This document shows positions 1 to 11,900 of a DNA stretch of 64,000 bases, piece after piece. Position 1 is the first letter of the stretch. The number at the start of each line of letters is the position of its first letter. The notes under the pieces are model-generated. The model was not told the DNA's origin. It saw only the letters and a program-made list of their open reading frames with translations, and ran no database searches. A program made the translations under genes and the position numbers. Source of the stretch: an uncultured bacterium (GTDB lineage: Bacteria; UBP14; UBA6098; B30-G16); contig CBEVQY010000010.1 of NCBI GenBank assembly GCA_965552135.1, positions 1 through 64,000 of the forward strand, given 5' to 3'.

Positions 1-1
1 T

Positions 2-166
2 TTGGTTATTTCGGATATAGATTTGCCGTTTGGTGTTGAGTTATTGGGTTTGTGGAGATGGGACAGTGAGTCGGGGGTGTATTATATGACGGAAGAGTTG
101 TTGCCTTGTCGAGGTTATTGGGGTTTGTTTACAGGAGGCGGAAGAATCAAAGTGGGAGGCGAGTAG
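2..166 (+). CDS. 3' fragment of a CDS entering from the left edge (probably a secreted protein)
   Basis: Not in the ORF track. My translation of frame 2 gives LVISDIDLPFGVELLGLWRWDSESGVYYMTEELLPCRGYWGLFTGGGRIKVGGE* (TAG 164-166). It resembles the YGYDATAGAYYYSSSIYPGLGYW domain of CDS 38142. Confidence 0.65.
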   Translation: MVISDIDLPFGVELLGLWRWDSESGVYYMTEELLPCRGYWGLFTGGGRIKVGGE

Positions 167-180
167 CTCCAGGGGCGCAG

Positions 181-858
181 GTGAGGGTCGTTGCAGCCAC
201 ATTAGTTCTCCTTACTTTTTGTGTTTTTGCTGCTGAGAGTGATATATTTGGCGGCGAGGTCTTTGTGGAGGAAGGGGTTTCCGGGCGCGCCAGAAGCCTG
301 TGGAAGGCGGTTGGGTTATCCCTTCTTTTGCCCGGTGCGGGTGAGTTTTATCTTGGCTTGCCGCGCAGCGGTGCGCCGCTCGCCCTTGCGGACGGAATTG
401 CCTGGTCGTGCGCGGCTGGATTCGCCGTGTGGGCATCGTGGCGCGAAGACGAATATAAAACCTTCGCTGCCGAATACGCAGGCGTCGATATTGAGGGTAA
501 AGACGATAAGTTCTTCAGAACCATCGCGCTTTACCAAAGCCGCGACGATTATAATTACTACACGCTTCTTGCCGAGCGCAGCAGAGGAAACCTATACCCA
601 GAGACCGACGAGTGGTACTGGCGCTGGCGGAGCGAGGATGATATGGTGAGGTATTACGACATCTGGAGCTCGTCCCGTCGTTCGTGGCGGAACTTTAAGG
701 TGGCGCTTGGGATCGCTGCTCTCAACAGGATTATAAGCGTCATCAACGTCGTCAGGCTTTGGCGGGGCGGTGCAGGCAGATGGTCGATGTACGTTGCCCC
801 GATGCCGTCGCCCAAGGGCGACGCAGGCGTGACCATCGGGGTGAACGCAAGGTTCTAA
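181..858 (+). CDS. hypothetical membrane protein (DUF5683-like)
   Basis: Signal-like N-terminus from GTG 181, 'KAVGLSLLLPGAGEFYLG' motif, hydrophobic segments and a terminal Phe. The ORF track start of 106 overlaps the upstream CDS. Confidence 0.65.
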   Translation: MRVVAATLVLLTFCVFAAESDIFGGEVFVEEGVSGRARSLWKAVGLSLLLPGAGEFYLGLPRSGAPLALADGIAWSCAAGFAVWASWREDEYKTFAAEYAGVDIEGKDDKFFRTIALYQSRDDYNYYTLLAERSRGNLYPETDEWYWRWRSEDDMVRYYDIWSSSRRSWRNFKVALGIAALNRIISVINVVRLWRGGAGRWSMYVAPMPSPKGDAGVTIGVNARF

Positions 859-876
859 AATGGGCGCGTGCTGAAA

Positions 877-1977
877 ATGAGATTTTTAAAGCTTGTGCTG
901 GTTCTGGCTTTTGTTGGGTTTTCCGCGGGGCAGGAGCTCGTTTCCCTCACCAATGGGCAGGTCGTTGTCGTCGTCGACAGGGTGACGGGTCAGTTCGCTA
1001 TAGGTAGCGCGTCGGGGATGCCTGTGATCGAGGGCTTCCCCGACGACCCACACCATACTCATCTTATAATAAGATGCGGCGGCGAAACGTATTCGAACCT
1101 GCCGGGTCTTGCCGACTACGACCTCATCCTCCGCGACACCGCCGCAGTCTACGACAACACGCTCTCGATCGTGTGGAACGTGTCGGCGATGATAGCGTGG
1201 AAGAAATTTTACACGCTCGACGTCGATTCGCTGCGGCAGTTTATTTATATCGAGAACGCCTTCTATAACGAGTCGCCGGACAGCGTTCCGGTTGGCTTTC
1301 TGGAGTATATGGACGTTCGCGTTGGCGACAACGATGCGCCGACGGTCGAGGTTCCGGGCTCCGTTTTCACGACGGAATGCGGCTTTGCCGCGGACGACGT
1401 CCCCGCCTACTGGACGCTTTTTAGAAACTACGGCGACACTATCTGCGACGTCGCCGCGGGCGTACCGATCGGAAGGGATATGCTCTACGCAGACAGGATC
1501 ATCTTCAGCGACGTGGACTACGTCGATTCGGTCCTCTGGGATTTTATGCCGCTTTCCAGGGGGATCGACGACCTTGCCGTGCTCATACGTTGGGACGAAA
1601 GGTACCTCGGTCCGTACGAGGTTTACCTCACGGGCTATTACTATGGGCTTGGCTATCCGAACTGGGGCGTTGGCGATACGCCCTACTTTGAGCCTTCCTC
1701 GTTCGTTGTGAGCGGTCCGTTCCCGAATCCCACAAACGGCGCCACGAGGATATGCGTCGACGTCGTCGGTCCCTCCTCGCCCCTGGAGATCGCCGTATTC
1801 GACCGCGCCGGCAGGCTCGTTAAAGTCCTGTTCGACGGGCTCTGCGGCCCCGGCAAACACAGCTTCACTTGGAGCCTTGAAGACGGAGGTGGGAGAGAGG
1901 TTTCCTCAGGGATCTATTTTGTTGAAGTTAGGCTCGGCGGGCACGTCTGCACAAGGCGTGTGGCCGTAGTCAGGTAG
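877..1977 (+). CDS. secreted protein: beta-rich head domain + T9SS type A/FlgD-like C-terminal sorting domain
   Basis: Signal peptide ending FSAG|Q. C-terminus PFPNPTN...VFDRAGRLVKVL...W...SSGIYFVEV...RRVAVVR. Confidence 0.8.
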   Translation: MRFLKLVLVLAFVGFSAGQELVSLTNGQVVVVVDRVTGQFAIGSASGMPVIEGFPDDPHHTHLIIRCGGETYSNLPGLADYDLILRDTAAVYDNTLSIVWNVSAMIAWKKFYTLDVDSLRQFIYIENAFYNESPDSVPVGFLEYMDVRVGDNDAPTVEVPGSVFTTECGFAADDVPAYWTLFRNYGDTICDVAAGVPIGRDMLYADRIIFSDVDYVDSVLWDFMPLSRGIDDLAVLIRWDERYLGPYEVYLTGYYYGLGYPNWGVGDTPYFEPSSFVVSGPFPNPTNGATRICVDVVGPSSPLEIAVFDRAGRLVKVLFDGLCGPGKHSFTWSLEDGGGREVSSGIYFVEVRLGGHVCTRRVAVVR

Positions 1978-1998
1978 GCTTTTGAGGGGGTTTTTAAG

Positions 1999-4900
1999 AT
2001 GAGGCTTTCGGTTTTTGTGGCGCTGGGCGCTGTGTTGGCTTTTGCCTCGGCGACCGACGTTATCTCTCCCAAGCTTTCCGCGAGGCTCCAGAGCTGCGGC
2101 GACGGGGAGATGGTCCCCGTTGTGGTTTGGCTCGGTGATCCTCCCGGGTGGGCACAGCGGCGCGAGGAAATCATGTCCATGCCCGCAGGCAGAGCTCGCA
2201 TAAGGGCGACTGTGGAGGCGCTGAAGGAGTTTTACTTCTCGTACGCTGAGCCTGTGCTCCGGATCGTCGACAGGTACGAGTCGCAGGGCGATGTGGTCTT
2301 CGGGAGGCATCTTTGGGGTGCGTTTTCGTTTTCGATGCGTGCGACGAAGGATGCGATCTACGCCGTTTCGGGGCATCCGCGTGTGCGCGCCGTTTTTCTG
2401 GATGAGCCCATCAAGGCGCGCTTCGTGCTCCCATATGACCCCACAAACCCCTTCAGCCGCGACATCTGGCTTTCGAAGCGTCCCGCGGTGCCCGATGCGG
2501 TTTCGTGTATGTCGAACGCCTGGCAGGTGACGAAAATCGACGCCGACGACGCATGGGCTATGGGATACGACGGGAGCGGCGTTGTGGTTGCCATATTCGA
2601 TACGGGCGTCGACTACACCCATCCCGACCTTTCCGGCAGGATGTGGCACAACCCCGACGATCCCATCGACGGCTCCGACAACGACGGCAACGGCTTCGTG
2701 GACGACTACTACGGCGCCGATTTCTACGACGGCGACGGTGATCCCATGGACAATCCGTCGTCGATACACCACGGCACGATGTGCGCCGGGATGGTTGCCG
2801 GCGACGGCACGAGCGGAACGACCACCGGCTCGGCGCCGGGCGCAACCATCATGGCGATCCGCGTGGGGGACGGCTCCAACTTCGTCAGCGGGTCCGATGA
2901 GGTCGCGGCGTTTCAGTATGCCCTCGAGCACGGCGCACAGGTGGGAAGCATGAGCTACGGTTCATACCCAACAAACAGCGTGAAGGATTACTACCGTTAC
3001 GTTATGAACAACACATTCGGCACGGCGGGCGTGGTTATTTGTGTTGCCGCGGGCAACGGCGACGGTTCGGGAGGGCATTACTCCGTGCCCTACGATATAT
3101 CCTCCCCCGCCGATGTTCCGCCGCCTTGGTATCGCCACGCCGACTCTTCGCCGCCGGGTCCTGTCATCGCCGTTGGAGCGACGACGACGTCCGACGCTTG
3201 GGCGAGCTGGGCGTCGAGGGGACCGACGCAGTGGGACTTCACGGGCTACTACGGCAGCTGGCACGACTACCCCGCAGCCGACAGGCTCATGAAGCCCGAC
3301 GTCGCCGCGCCCGGAGAGTGGGTTATAACGACCGAATACGGCGGCGGATACACCTACACCGACGGAACGTCCTTTTCGTGTCCGCTTACGGCGGGCGTTG
3401 TGGCGCTTATGCTCTCGAAAAACGCTTCGCTTACGCCGCTTGAGATAGACTCCATCCTCGAGGCTACGGCGAAGGACGTTGATGATCCCGGCAGGGACAA
3501 TTACACCGGCGCGGGTCGCGTGGACGCCGACAGCGCACTCATGCTCGTCTCGGGGAAGGCTTTGGTCGTGGATTCGGTTCGAATAGACGATGCTGGCACA
3601 GGCGACGGAGACGGGAACATCGACCCCGGCGAGACGGCAAACTTTGTGATCTTTTTGCGCAACGCCGCAACGCAGCCGGCGCCCGGGGTAACGCTCACAC
3701 TCACCTCCGTGACAAACCCACACGTCACGATCGTGGACGGTTCCTCAAGCTACGGCACCATCGCCGCGGGCGAAACAAGATCAAACACAGCTGATCACAT
3801 AGTGCTTTCCGTGTCGCCGACGGCAAGATACACCGAGTACTGCAAGTGCTACGTCACCCTTGCCGATGCCGAGGGCTACAGCAAGCCCGACTCCTTCGCC
3901 TTCAGGGTGGGGGTTTATCCGCTTGTGTTCCGCTATCAGGATACGCTTGCCACGCTCCTTCTGGGCTTCACCGACTTCGGCACGATAGGCTATCCAACCT
4001 TCGGCAACCTCGCCTGGCCGTGGCCCTCCGACAGCACAAACCTCCTTTATGTGGGCGAGGTGATGGTTGGCGAAAGCGACGCCTACGTCGCCGACGGAAT
4101 GGAGGAGTTTTGGCCGTTCGATACCATCGAGTTTATCTACGGCGGCTCGGTGGGGGATGTGGAGGCGTTCACAACATACATAGACACCACAAACACATAT
4201 CAGATTTACCAGTACAGCTACAGCTGGCGCTCGGCGCCCAACAACGACTTTGTGATCTTTTTCTTCCGCATCCATAACTTCGGCTCGACGACGATAAGCA
4301 ACGCCCTTGCGGGCTTCTACTGTGACTTCGACATCCCGCCCTACGACACGAACTACGCCCAGCTAAGCTCGTCGGACGAGTGGGGGTATATGTATCACAG
4401 CGCCTCGGGCAAGTACGTTGGCGTTGTTGCTTTGGATGGTTTTGTTCGCGGCAGCGTTGTGGATAATCCCACCTACGTTTACGGAAGCGACGTTGGCGGC
4501 ATGGGCTGGACCGATCAGGTCAAGTGGAACTTCCTTTCGGGTACCTACAGCCAAAGCTCGGGCACAAGCCCAAGCGATTACTCCCTCATTCTTGCGTTCG
4601 GTCCGTTTACGATAGAGCCCGGCGGGTACGAGAGCTTCGCCGCGGCCGTCGTCGCCGGAGGCGGGCTTTCCGATTTCCAGAACAACGCCACTCAGGCGAA
4701 GGACGTCTACAGCGTATATTCGGCGGCGATGGGCTGCGGCGGCGCGAAGCCTCGGGATGTTGTGCTGTTCGGCGTCTATCCCAACCCGTTCAACGGCGTT
4801 GCGGAGGTGAGAGTTGCGCTTGCTGCGCCAAAACGCGTCTCCGTCGACGTCGTCGACATCTGCGGCAGGGTTGTTCAAAGCTTTGGGGAGCTTGACCTCG

Positions 4901-5019
4901 CCGCAGGGATGCACAGGCTCGCCTGGCGGTGCGACGAAGGGCTTCCTTCGGGGATGTACCTCGTCCGCCTGCGCGCCGGAGACGAAACGTTGCTGCGGAG
5001 GGCTTTTCTGGTGAAGTAG
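1999..5019 (+). CDS. S8 (subtilisin-like) serine peptidase with T9SS type A C-terminal domain
   Basis: Catalytic triad motifs FDTG, HGTMCAG and GTSFSCP, oxyanion AAGN, DNDGNGFVDD Ca motif, propeptide, and CTD YPNPFN...LPSGMYLVRL...LVK. Confidence 0.92.
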   Translation: MRLSVFVALGAVLAFASATDVISPKLSARLQSCGDGEMVPVVVWLGDPPGWAQRREEIMSMPAGRARIRATVEALKEFYFSYAEPVLRIVDRYESQGDVVFGRHLWGAFSFSMRATKDAIYAVSGHPRVRAVFLDEPIKARFVLPYDPTNPFSRDIWLSKRPAVPDAVSCMSNAWQVTKIDADDAWAMGYDGSGVVVAIFDTGVDYTHPDLSGRMWHNPDDPIDGSDNDGNGFVDDYYGADFYDGDGDPMDNPSSIHHGTMCAGMVAGDGTSGTTTGSAPGATIMAIRVGDGSNFVSGSDEVAAFQYALEHGAQVGSMSYGSYPTNSVKDYYRYVMNNTFGTAGVVICVAAGNGDGSGGHYSVPYDISSPADVPPPWYRHADSSPPGPVIAVGATTTSDAWASWASRGPTQWDFTGYYGSWHDYPAADRLMKPDVAAPGEWVITTEYGGGYTYTDGTSFSCPLTAGVVALMLSKNASLTPLEIDSILEATAKDVDDPGRDNYTGAGRVDADSALMLVSGKALVVDSVRIDDAGTGDGDGNIDPGETANFVIFLRNAATQPAPGVTLTLTSVTNPHVTIVDGSSSYGTIAAGETRSNTADHIVLSVSPTARYTEYCKCYVTLADAEGYSKPDSFAFRVGVYPLVFRYQDTLATLLLGFTDFGTIGYPTFGNLAWPWPSDSTNLLYVGEVMVGESDAYVADGMEEFWPFDTIEFIYGGSVGDVEAFTTYIDTTNTYQIYQYSYSWRSAPNNDFVIFFFRIHNFGSTTISNALAGFYCDFDIPPYDTNYAQLSSSDEWGYMYHSASGKYVGVVALDGFVRGSVVDNPTYVYGSDVGGMGWTDQVKWNFLSGTYSQSSGTSPSDYSLILAFGPFTIEPGGYESFAAAVVAGGGLSDFQNNATQAKDVYSVYSAAMGCGGAKPRDVVLFGVYPNPFNGVAEVRVALAAPKRVSVDVVDICGRVVQSFGELDLAAGMHRLAWRCDEGLPSGMYLVRLRAGDETLLRRAFLVK

Positions 5020-5026
5020 AGCCTGA

Positions 5027-5055
5027 GAGGGGGCGGGGGCGCCCCCTCAAGTTTT
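5027..5055 (+). terminator. probable intrinsic terminator
   Basis: GAGGGGGCG-gggg-CGCCCCCTC hairpin followed by AAGTTTT just after the protease stop. Confidence 0.55.
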
Positions 5056-5880
5056 ATGTGGGGGAAGGTGAACAAAGACATACGAAGCGCCCCCATAGGT
5101 GTTTTCGATTCGGGCGTTGGGGGGCTTACGGTCGTTGCCGAGGTTTTCAAGAAGCTTCCCGCGGAGTCTGTGATCTACCTGGGCGATACGGCTCGCTATC
5201 CCTACGGACCGCGCTCGGCGGAGATCGTGCAGAGGTTCGCCCTGCAGGGGGCGAGGTTTTTGATGGGTTTTGGGATAAAGGCTCTGCTTGTCGCGTGCAA
5301 CACCGCCTCAAGCGTCGCCCTGGACGTTTTGAGGCGATGGATATCGGTTCCCATCTTCGGCGTTGTCCTCCCCGGCGCGAGGGCTGCAGTCAGGGCAAGC
5401 CGCAAAAAGAGGATAGGCGTCATAGGGACCGTTGGCACCATAAACTCTGGCGCGTATCAGAGGGCGATAGCCGAGATAGACGGGGACGCGGAGGTCTTTG
5501 CGAAGGCGTGCCCCCTTTTCGTTCCGCTGGCGGAGGAGGGGTGGCACACGGGTCCTGTGGTTGAGGCTGTGGCGCACCACTACCTCGACGACCTCGTCGC
5601 ACGCGGGATAGATACCCTCGTTCTGGGCTGCACCCACTACCCCCTCCTTGTGGGCGCGATAAGCCGCGTGGTGGGCGGTGAAGTCGCGATAGTCGATTCG
5701 GCGAGCGCTGTGGCAAGCGAGCTTCGCGCCTTCCTGGAGAAAGAAGGGCTTTTGTGCGGGGAGGGTTCGCCTTCTGCGAGGTTTTTCGTCACCGATGCGC
5801 CCGAAAGGTTCGCCAAAGTGGGCGAAAACTTTTTGGGACGAAGCCTTGCCTCGGTGGAGAGGGTTAACATCGACCTTTAA
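5056..5880 (+). CDS. murI: glutamate racemase
   Basis: IGVFDSGVGGLTV, DTARYPYG, ACNTAS and LGCTHYP motifs. Alternative start GTG 5068. Confidence 0.96.
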   Translation: MWGKVNKDIRSAPIGVFDSGVGGLTVVAEVFKKLPAESVIYLGDTARYPYGPRSAEIVQRFALQGARFLMGFGIKALLVACNTASSVALDVLRRWISVPIFGVVLPGARAAVRASRKKRIGVIGTVGTINSGAYQRAIAEIDGDAEVFAKACPLFVPLAEEGWHTGPVVEAVAHHYLDDLVARGIDTLVLGCTHYPLLVGAISRVVGGEVAIVDSASAVASELRAFLEKEGLLCGEGSPSARFFVTDAPERFAKVGENFLGRSLASVERVNIDL

Positions 5881-5884
5881 ATGC

Positions 5885-5913
5885 TTGCATTTTGTTCCCT
5901 GAAGCGCTATTGT
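5885..5913 (+). promoter_or_regulatory. sigma70-type promoter for the giant-protein operon
   Basis: TTGCAT-N17-TATTGT, with SD AGGAGG at 5934-5939 lying 8 nt before ATG 5948. Confidence 0.6.
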
Positions 5914-5947
5914 AAATAAATACGCGGTGAGATAGGAGGCGTTGGTT

Positions 5948-8900
5948 ATGAATACTCGCAGTGTCGTTTTGTTTTGTTTGGCGTTTGTGGGTGTTTTGCT
6001 CGCCGCATCGGGCTATTACCTGGCGGGTCCTGGTGAGACGTGTTGGTGGACGCAGCGCGAGGACACGCCGATACGCATCGAGGTTGTGGATTCGTCCGAT
6101 GCCCACCCCGCCTGGCTGGGCAAGTTCGGGATCGGAGGGAATCCCGCCGCCTTCCCGAGGCTTACGCACAACTTCCACTGGCCGCTCGACAGGGGAGAGC
6201 AGCACTTCGTCCTCAACCTCGACGGAACCTTCTTCTCGAACTACCCCTACGTAAGCGGCTACTGCGGCATACCCCTAAGCAGCCTTGGATTCTACTACCT
6301 TGTCGATTCGTTCTTCGTTGCCAACGATACCTTCAGCTTTCCCGATAGCTTTGGCACGTGGGTTGGGGTGACATCCCACTGGCGCATACGTGGTTCTGTT
6401 GGCTACATCGATATCTACCAGGAGCTTAAGCCCGTCCGGCGCACCTTCGGTCCCGACAGCGTGGGGATGTGCAGGATCAAGTATCGCGTCGTCAACAACG
6501 ATATAGTTGCGCACACCGTTGGGCTGAAGCTTGTTGTGGACGTCGACATAAACGGCAACGACCGTCCCGATGTGGCGATAGCGGGCACATTTTCGCCCAC
6601 AAACGGCTTCTTCCAGGCGCCTGTGCCGGCGTACTGGCAGGCGTATGACAACATATCGGACCCCTCGGCGGTTGTTGCCAGGGGGATTCTTCGCGGCGGG
6701 GACTGCACACCGCCCGATATCTTCGCCGTCGGAAACCGATACCCGTTCTACAACTACATCTGGATCGAGCCCTCGTGCACGACGACGGGCGATTCCCTGT
6801 GGACGACGTATTGGCCCGGGTCGCCCACCTTCGACGTCGGGTTCGCAATCCAGTGGAACCCCATCACGGTCGACGCCGGGTCGTACAGGGACTTTGTGAC
6901 CTACTACGGCTTTGGCTCGAACTACAACCCGCCCCACGCGATCAACGTAAGCCCGATCCCGTTCGATGTGACGCCGTACAACTGCACCATCGACACCGTC
7001 TACGAGCTTTGCGCGGTCGTTTGGCAGGAGGATGAGCTTGGTGCGACGTACAACAACGTTGTTGTCTGCGTCGACCCGCCTGATCCGATGGCGGTTTTGG
7101 ATACGACGACGGGGACGCTGCTTGACTCAAGCTGCATAACCCTCGACTCCCTGCCGGTCTCCGACCCACACAACCTCTGCTGGCTCGTTTACGTGCCCCT
7201 GTCGCTTATCTCGACGGGCTTTTCGGGATACATCCACTACTACGCAAACTCGCCCGATGCCGACTCTGCCACGTACGACAGCACGGCGATAACCGTCCCG
7301 CACTTCTCGCAGATACCCCCGGATATGTGGTTTTTGGGCGCAAGTGATCTGGTCTTCGTAAACTGCACCACTTACGTTGCTGAGTTCGCCTACAGCGACG
7401 ACGAGGGCGTTCAGCTTCCGCTTGCATCTGAGATACCTCCCATCGTAAACGGCGTGAGCGACCCCGCCTACATCGTTTCGCCTTTGCCCGACAACCCCAC
7501 AGCCGATACGTTCTACGTCCATCCTCCGGGCACGCTTTTTTACTCGGCAGGGGCGTGCACGATAAGCGTGCCCTATCCGCCCGACATTTACGGCTGCCAG
7601 CAGGCGGAGACTTTGACGGTTGTTGCCGTTTGGGACTCGACGCCGCCTGTGGTTTATGATCTCTTCCCTTCGCCCGACAGCGTGGTCACCACGCCGACTC
7701 CGACGATAAGCTTTCGCGTTGCCGATTCTCTGGCGGGTGTTGCGCTCGACAGCATCGAGTTCACCGTTGCGGTCGGTGGGCTGCCGCCCACCTCGTTCTA
7801 CCCCACATCGCCAGGCGTATCCCACTACGGCGACTCGAGCGAATACCTGATAATGTACACTCTCACGGACGTCCCCTGCGAGACCACCGTTACCGTCTGT
7901 GTGACGAAGGCGGCTGATCTTGTTTCGGTTTGTCACGCCAACATGTTGCCCGACACGGTTTGCTGGTCGTTTACGGTGGACTACTGTGCTCCGCGGGTGG
8001 AGTTCATCACGCCGCCCGAAAGCGTTTACATAAGCTGCGACACCCCGCTTGTCTGCTTTACCGTGGAGGACCTGAACGGCTTTACGACTGATCCGCCCGA
8101 GTCGTTCGAGGTGTGGATAGACGACGTTATGTACACTCCTTCGATGTCGCAGGTGAACATAAGCGGCGACACTGTGTGCATAACCGACGAGCTCAACTAT
8201 CCTTACGCAAGCGGCAGCGAGGTCAGCGTTGAGATCCGAGCTCTGAGCGATACCGTTGGCAACTCGCTCGATTCGGTGGTGAGCCTGGTTTTCTACATCG
8301 ACAATCAGGGTCCCCTTGTGACCGTCGTCGACCCGCCCGACTCGAGCATCATAGGCGATGTTGCGGGCTTTCCCATCTGCTCCCTCTACGTCCTCGACAC
8401 CGATTGCGGAGTCGTTATGGAGGGGATGTTCATCCGCGCCTGGACGAGCGGCGGCGATACGTCTGTCCTCTCGGTGCCGACGGAGGCGTACATAAGCCTT
8501 TCGGGATACCTCGTCATCCAGCCGGCGTGGACGGGGCTTTCGTACCTGGACACCGTCCACATCTGTTTGGATTCCCTTTTCGACTGCGCCCAGCTCTGCG
8601 GACCCAACAACATCGACTCGTCCGTTTGTCTCACCTACATCGTCGACAACGAGGGTCCGTCTGCGGAGCTTGTTCATCCGGAGGAGGGTGCGCACACCTC
8701 CTGCATGCCCGGAGCCGACATGCTTGTGTGCGTGAGCCTCGAGGACATCTCGGGGATAGACCCGAGCTCGATCTGTCTTTCCGTTGGGGGTTCGGCGCCT
8801 GTGTGCTACCCCGGCGTGAGCTGGGATCCCGTCTCCGGGCAGGCCTGTATGACGGTGCCGTTTGACGCAAGCATCGACGGCGAGTGCGACAGCGTTGCCG

Positions 8901-11900
8901 TGATAGTCGTTGCGGCAACCGATTCCGTCGGAAACACGTCCGCGTACGAAGACACCTTCTACTACATAGTCGACACTGTGGGTCCGTATATCTCCGCGGT
9001 GAGCCCGTCGCACGGGGCTCTGGTTATCTCCGACGACTTCTACGTCGTCTTCCACGACGACTGCGCCGGGATTATGCGATCCTCGGCGGCGTTCCACATC
9101 TGGTATCCGCTCCATACGCCCATAATCGATACCATAATCTACGGCAGCGACGGCGTTGTGAGCTGGTCGGGTGATACCGCCTTTGTGTCGCCTGGGATCG
9201 GCGTAAACGGCGACTCGGTGTGTGTGCACGTTCAGTACGCCTCCGACAGCCTCGACGTTGCCGACTGCCCGCCCAACGACCTTCAGAACGACACCCTCTG
9301 GTGCTTCAAGATAAGCTTTGGTGGACCGTCGATCTCGCTTGTGAGCCCGCCTACGGGCTCTTATCTTTCGTGCGATTCGGTTTGGGCTGTTTTCACCTGT
9401 CAGGACAGCCAGGGCGTCGACTCGACGACGATTCACTTCATCTACCAGATAAACAGCGGTCCCGAGGTAGACGTTTATTACCCTGACCCTTCGATAACCT
9501 TCGTTGGCGGGGTGGAGGTTCACGACCCCGACACCGTTTACTTCGCTTTGCCCGTTGGGGTTTCGGACGGCGACACGGTCCGCATAAGATTCGATTACGT
9601 TGCCGATATGCTTGGCGTTGGCTCTGCCTTGGGGCGCGAGGGGGTGTTTTACGTCGACTTCGGTTCGCCGCAGGTGGTCGATTACGGTCCTTCGGATGCG
9701 CCTTCGTCTGCGCCGCTTGTTTGGGCTGTGCTTTCGGACACCATCGCGGGGCTTGAGTACGATTCGCTGTGCTTCTCGATAACGGGCGGACCAAGGTACT
9801 GCTTTGGCGATTCCGCCGGCGGAAGCCCTATAGTCTTCTGGAGCTTTGGCGACACGCTTGGCGACACGGCGTTTTTCGATATCGCCGCGGCAGGGACGTC
9901 GTTCGCAGGAGGCGATACGGTTGAGGTGTGCGTGCACGTCGTCGACGCGACGGTGCTCTGCCCGCCAAACCCAACCGACTTCTGCTGGGACGTTGTCTTC
10001 GAGCTTTCGCCGCCAACGTTGGTTCCCATAGAGCCCGACTCGGGCTGGTTTGTGACGTGCCCGACGGTCGACTCGATAGTTTTGGCTGTGCTTGACAGCA
10101 ACGGCGTCGACTGGAGCACGTTCCACATTCACGTCGACGGTCCGGCGGGCGAAAGCTACGACTTGAGCTACCCGAGCGGTATGAGCCTCTCCGGCGACAC
10201 CATAACCGTCTTCCTATCGCCTCCTATAGCGTCCGAGGGGACGGTTTGGGTGTCGGTGGACGTTCAGGACGTTTTGGCGAACGTCTCCGTTCTCGATTTC
10301 TTCTTCGTCATCGACCACACGGCGCCCGTTGTGGTCGAGTACTTCCCGGTGTGCGACACGATATCCGACATCATCCCCGGCACGCTTTGGGTCGTCGTTG
10401 AGGATCCGTACGGTCTTCCCGACCCCGAGCAGCTTTGCGTTTCGATTTTGGACACCGCGGGCGACACGGTTTCGCTTTGCGGCGACACAAGCACGGCTAT
10501 ATCGGCTTCGTGGGATACGCTTTTCGTTGATCTTGTCGCTCTTGGGATTCGGTTTACGGGCGGGGACACCGTTTTTTGGTGGATAACGCAGATAGGCGAC
10601 CGCTCGGACCTCTGCGAGCCCAACTACGGCGAGCCCGAAAGCTGCGTGTTTAGCATATCGTCGCAGGGACCGTTTGTGCAGCTTGTTTCGCCCGACCCGG
10701 GCGCAGACGGAATACTGTTTTTGGGCTGTGCCTTCCCGTTTACGTTCACGTTCTCGATATACGACGCCGACGGCTTCGATCCGGCCACGCTCAGGCTTGT
10801 CTACACCTGCACAGCCACAGGGTTCTCCGACACGATAGAGTATCCCTCCGCCGAGCTTTCCCTCACCACGAGCGGCGACACGCTGGGCTTTTTGGACTGG
10901 ACGCCTTCGGCGGCGCCCTGCGGGGAGTGCGATACCTTCGTGGTGACGATATCGGTTTTGGACAACCTCAGCAACGCGGAGCGACCCAACGAGTTTAGGA
11001 TTGCGGTTGATCTGACGCCGCCTGGGTTTGAGGTCGTTTCGCCTCCGGCGTACGGCGACGCGTACTCGCTGAGACCCGTCATAAAGATTCGCTTCCCCGA
11101 TGCCTGCGCCGGTCCCGACACGAACTCGGTCTGCGACAGCATCTGCTGGCGATGGGGCGCAAGCTGCACAACGGTGTGCAACACGGGCGAGCAGATACAG
11201 TGGTCGGGCGACACGATGTTCTTCTACACCGATTCGTTCGACATCCAGGCGCAGGATACCGTTTGGATCTGCGTCGACTCCGTTGCCGATGCAGCCGATA
11301 CGTGCCCCAACTGGGCGTATCTTGACACGTGCTTCTGGGTTTACATCGCCCAGTTCGGACCGATCCCGACGCTTATAAACCCCGTTCCCGACAGCGTAAC
11401 GGGTCTTGTCTGCGCCAACGATAGCGTCGTTGTTGCGTTCTACGATCCCGACGGTCTTGTTGCCGACAGCGTTCGTTTTGCCGTAAACGGCGTTGAGGTT
11501 CCGCTTGGTGCGGACCTCTACTGGGCGCCCGATGGAACGACACTCGTCTACACCGCTACCTTCGACACAACGCCTGTGGTGGTTTGCGTGTGGCATCAGA
11601 CCGACCTTTTGGGTTACGTTGGCGACTCGACCTGCTTCGTTTTGAACATCGACCTTTCGCCGCCTGTGGCGTTCTGGGTTTCGCCGGGCACGCCCGCCGA
11701 AACGATATCGGTTATGCCAGGAGTTCCGCCGGTGCAGATTCGCATCGTCGATTCGCTCAACTGCGTCGACAGCACGACGATTATGCTCGTCGTCGGGAGC
11801 GACACGTTCCGCGTTGAGGAGGGCGTTCTGGAGTGGAGCCGGCTCGACAGCCTCCTCACCTTCCATCCCGTCGACACGTTCTTCGCCGGCGACACCTTTG

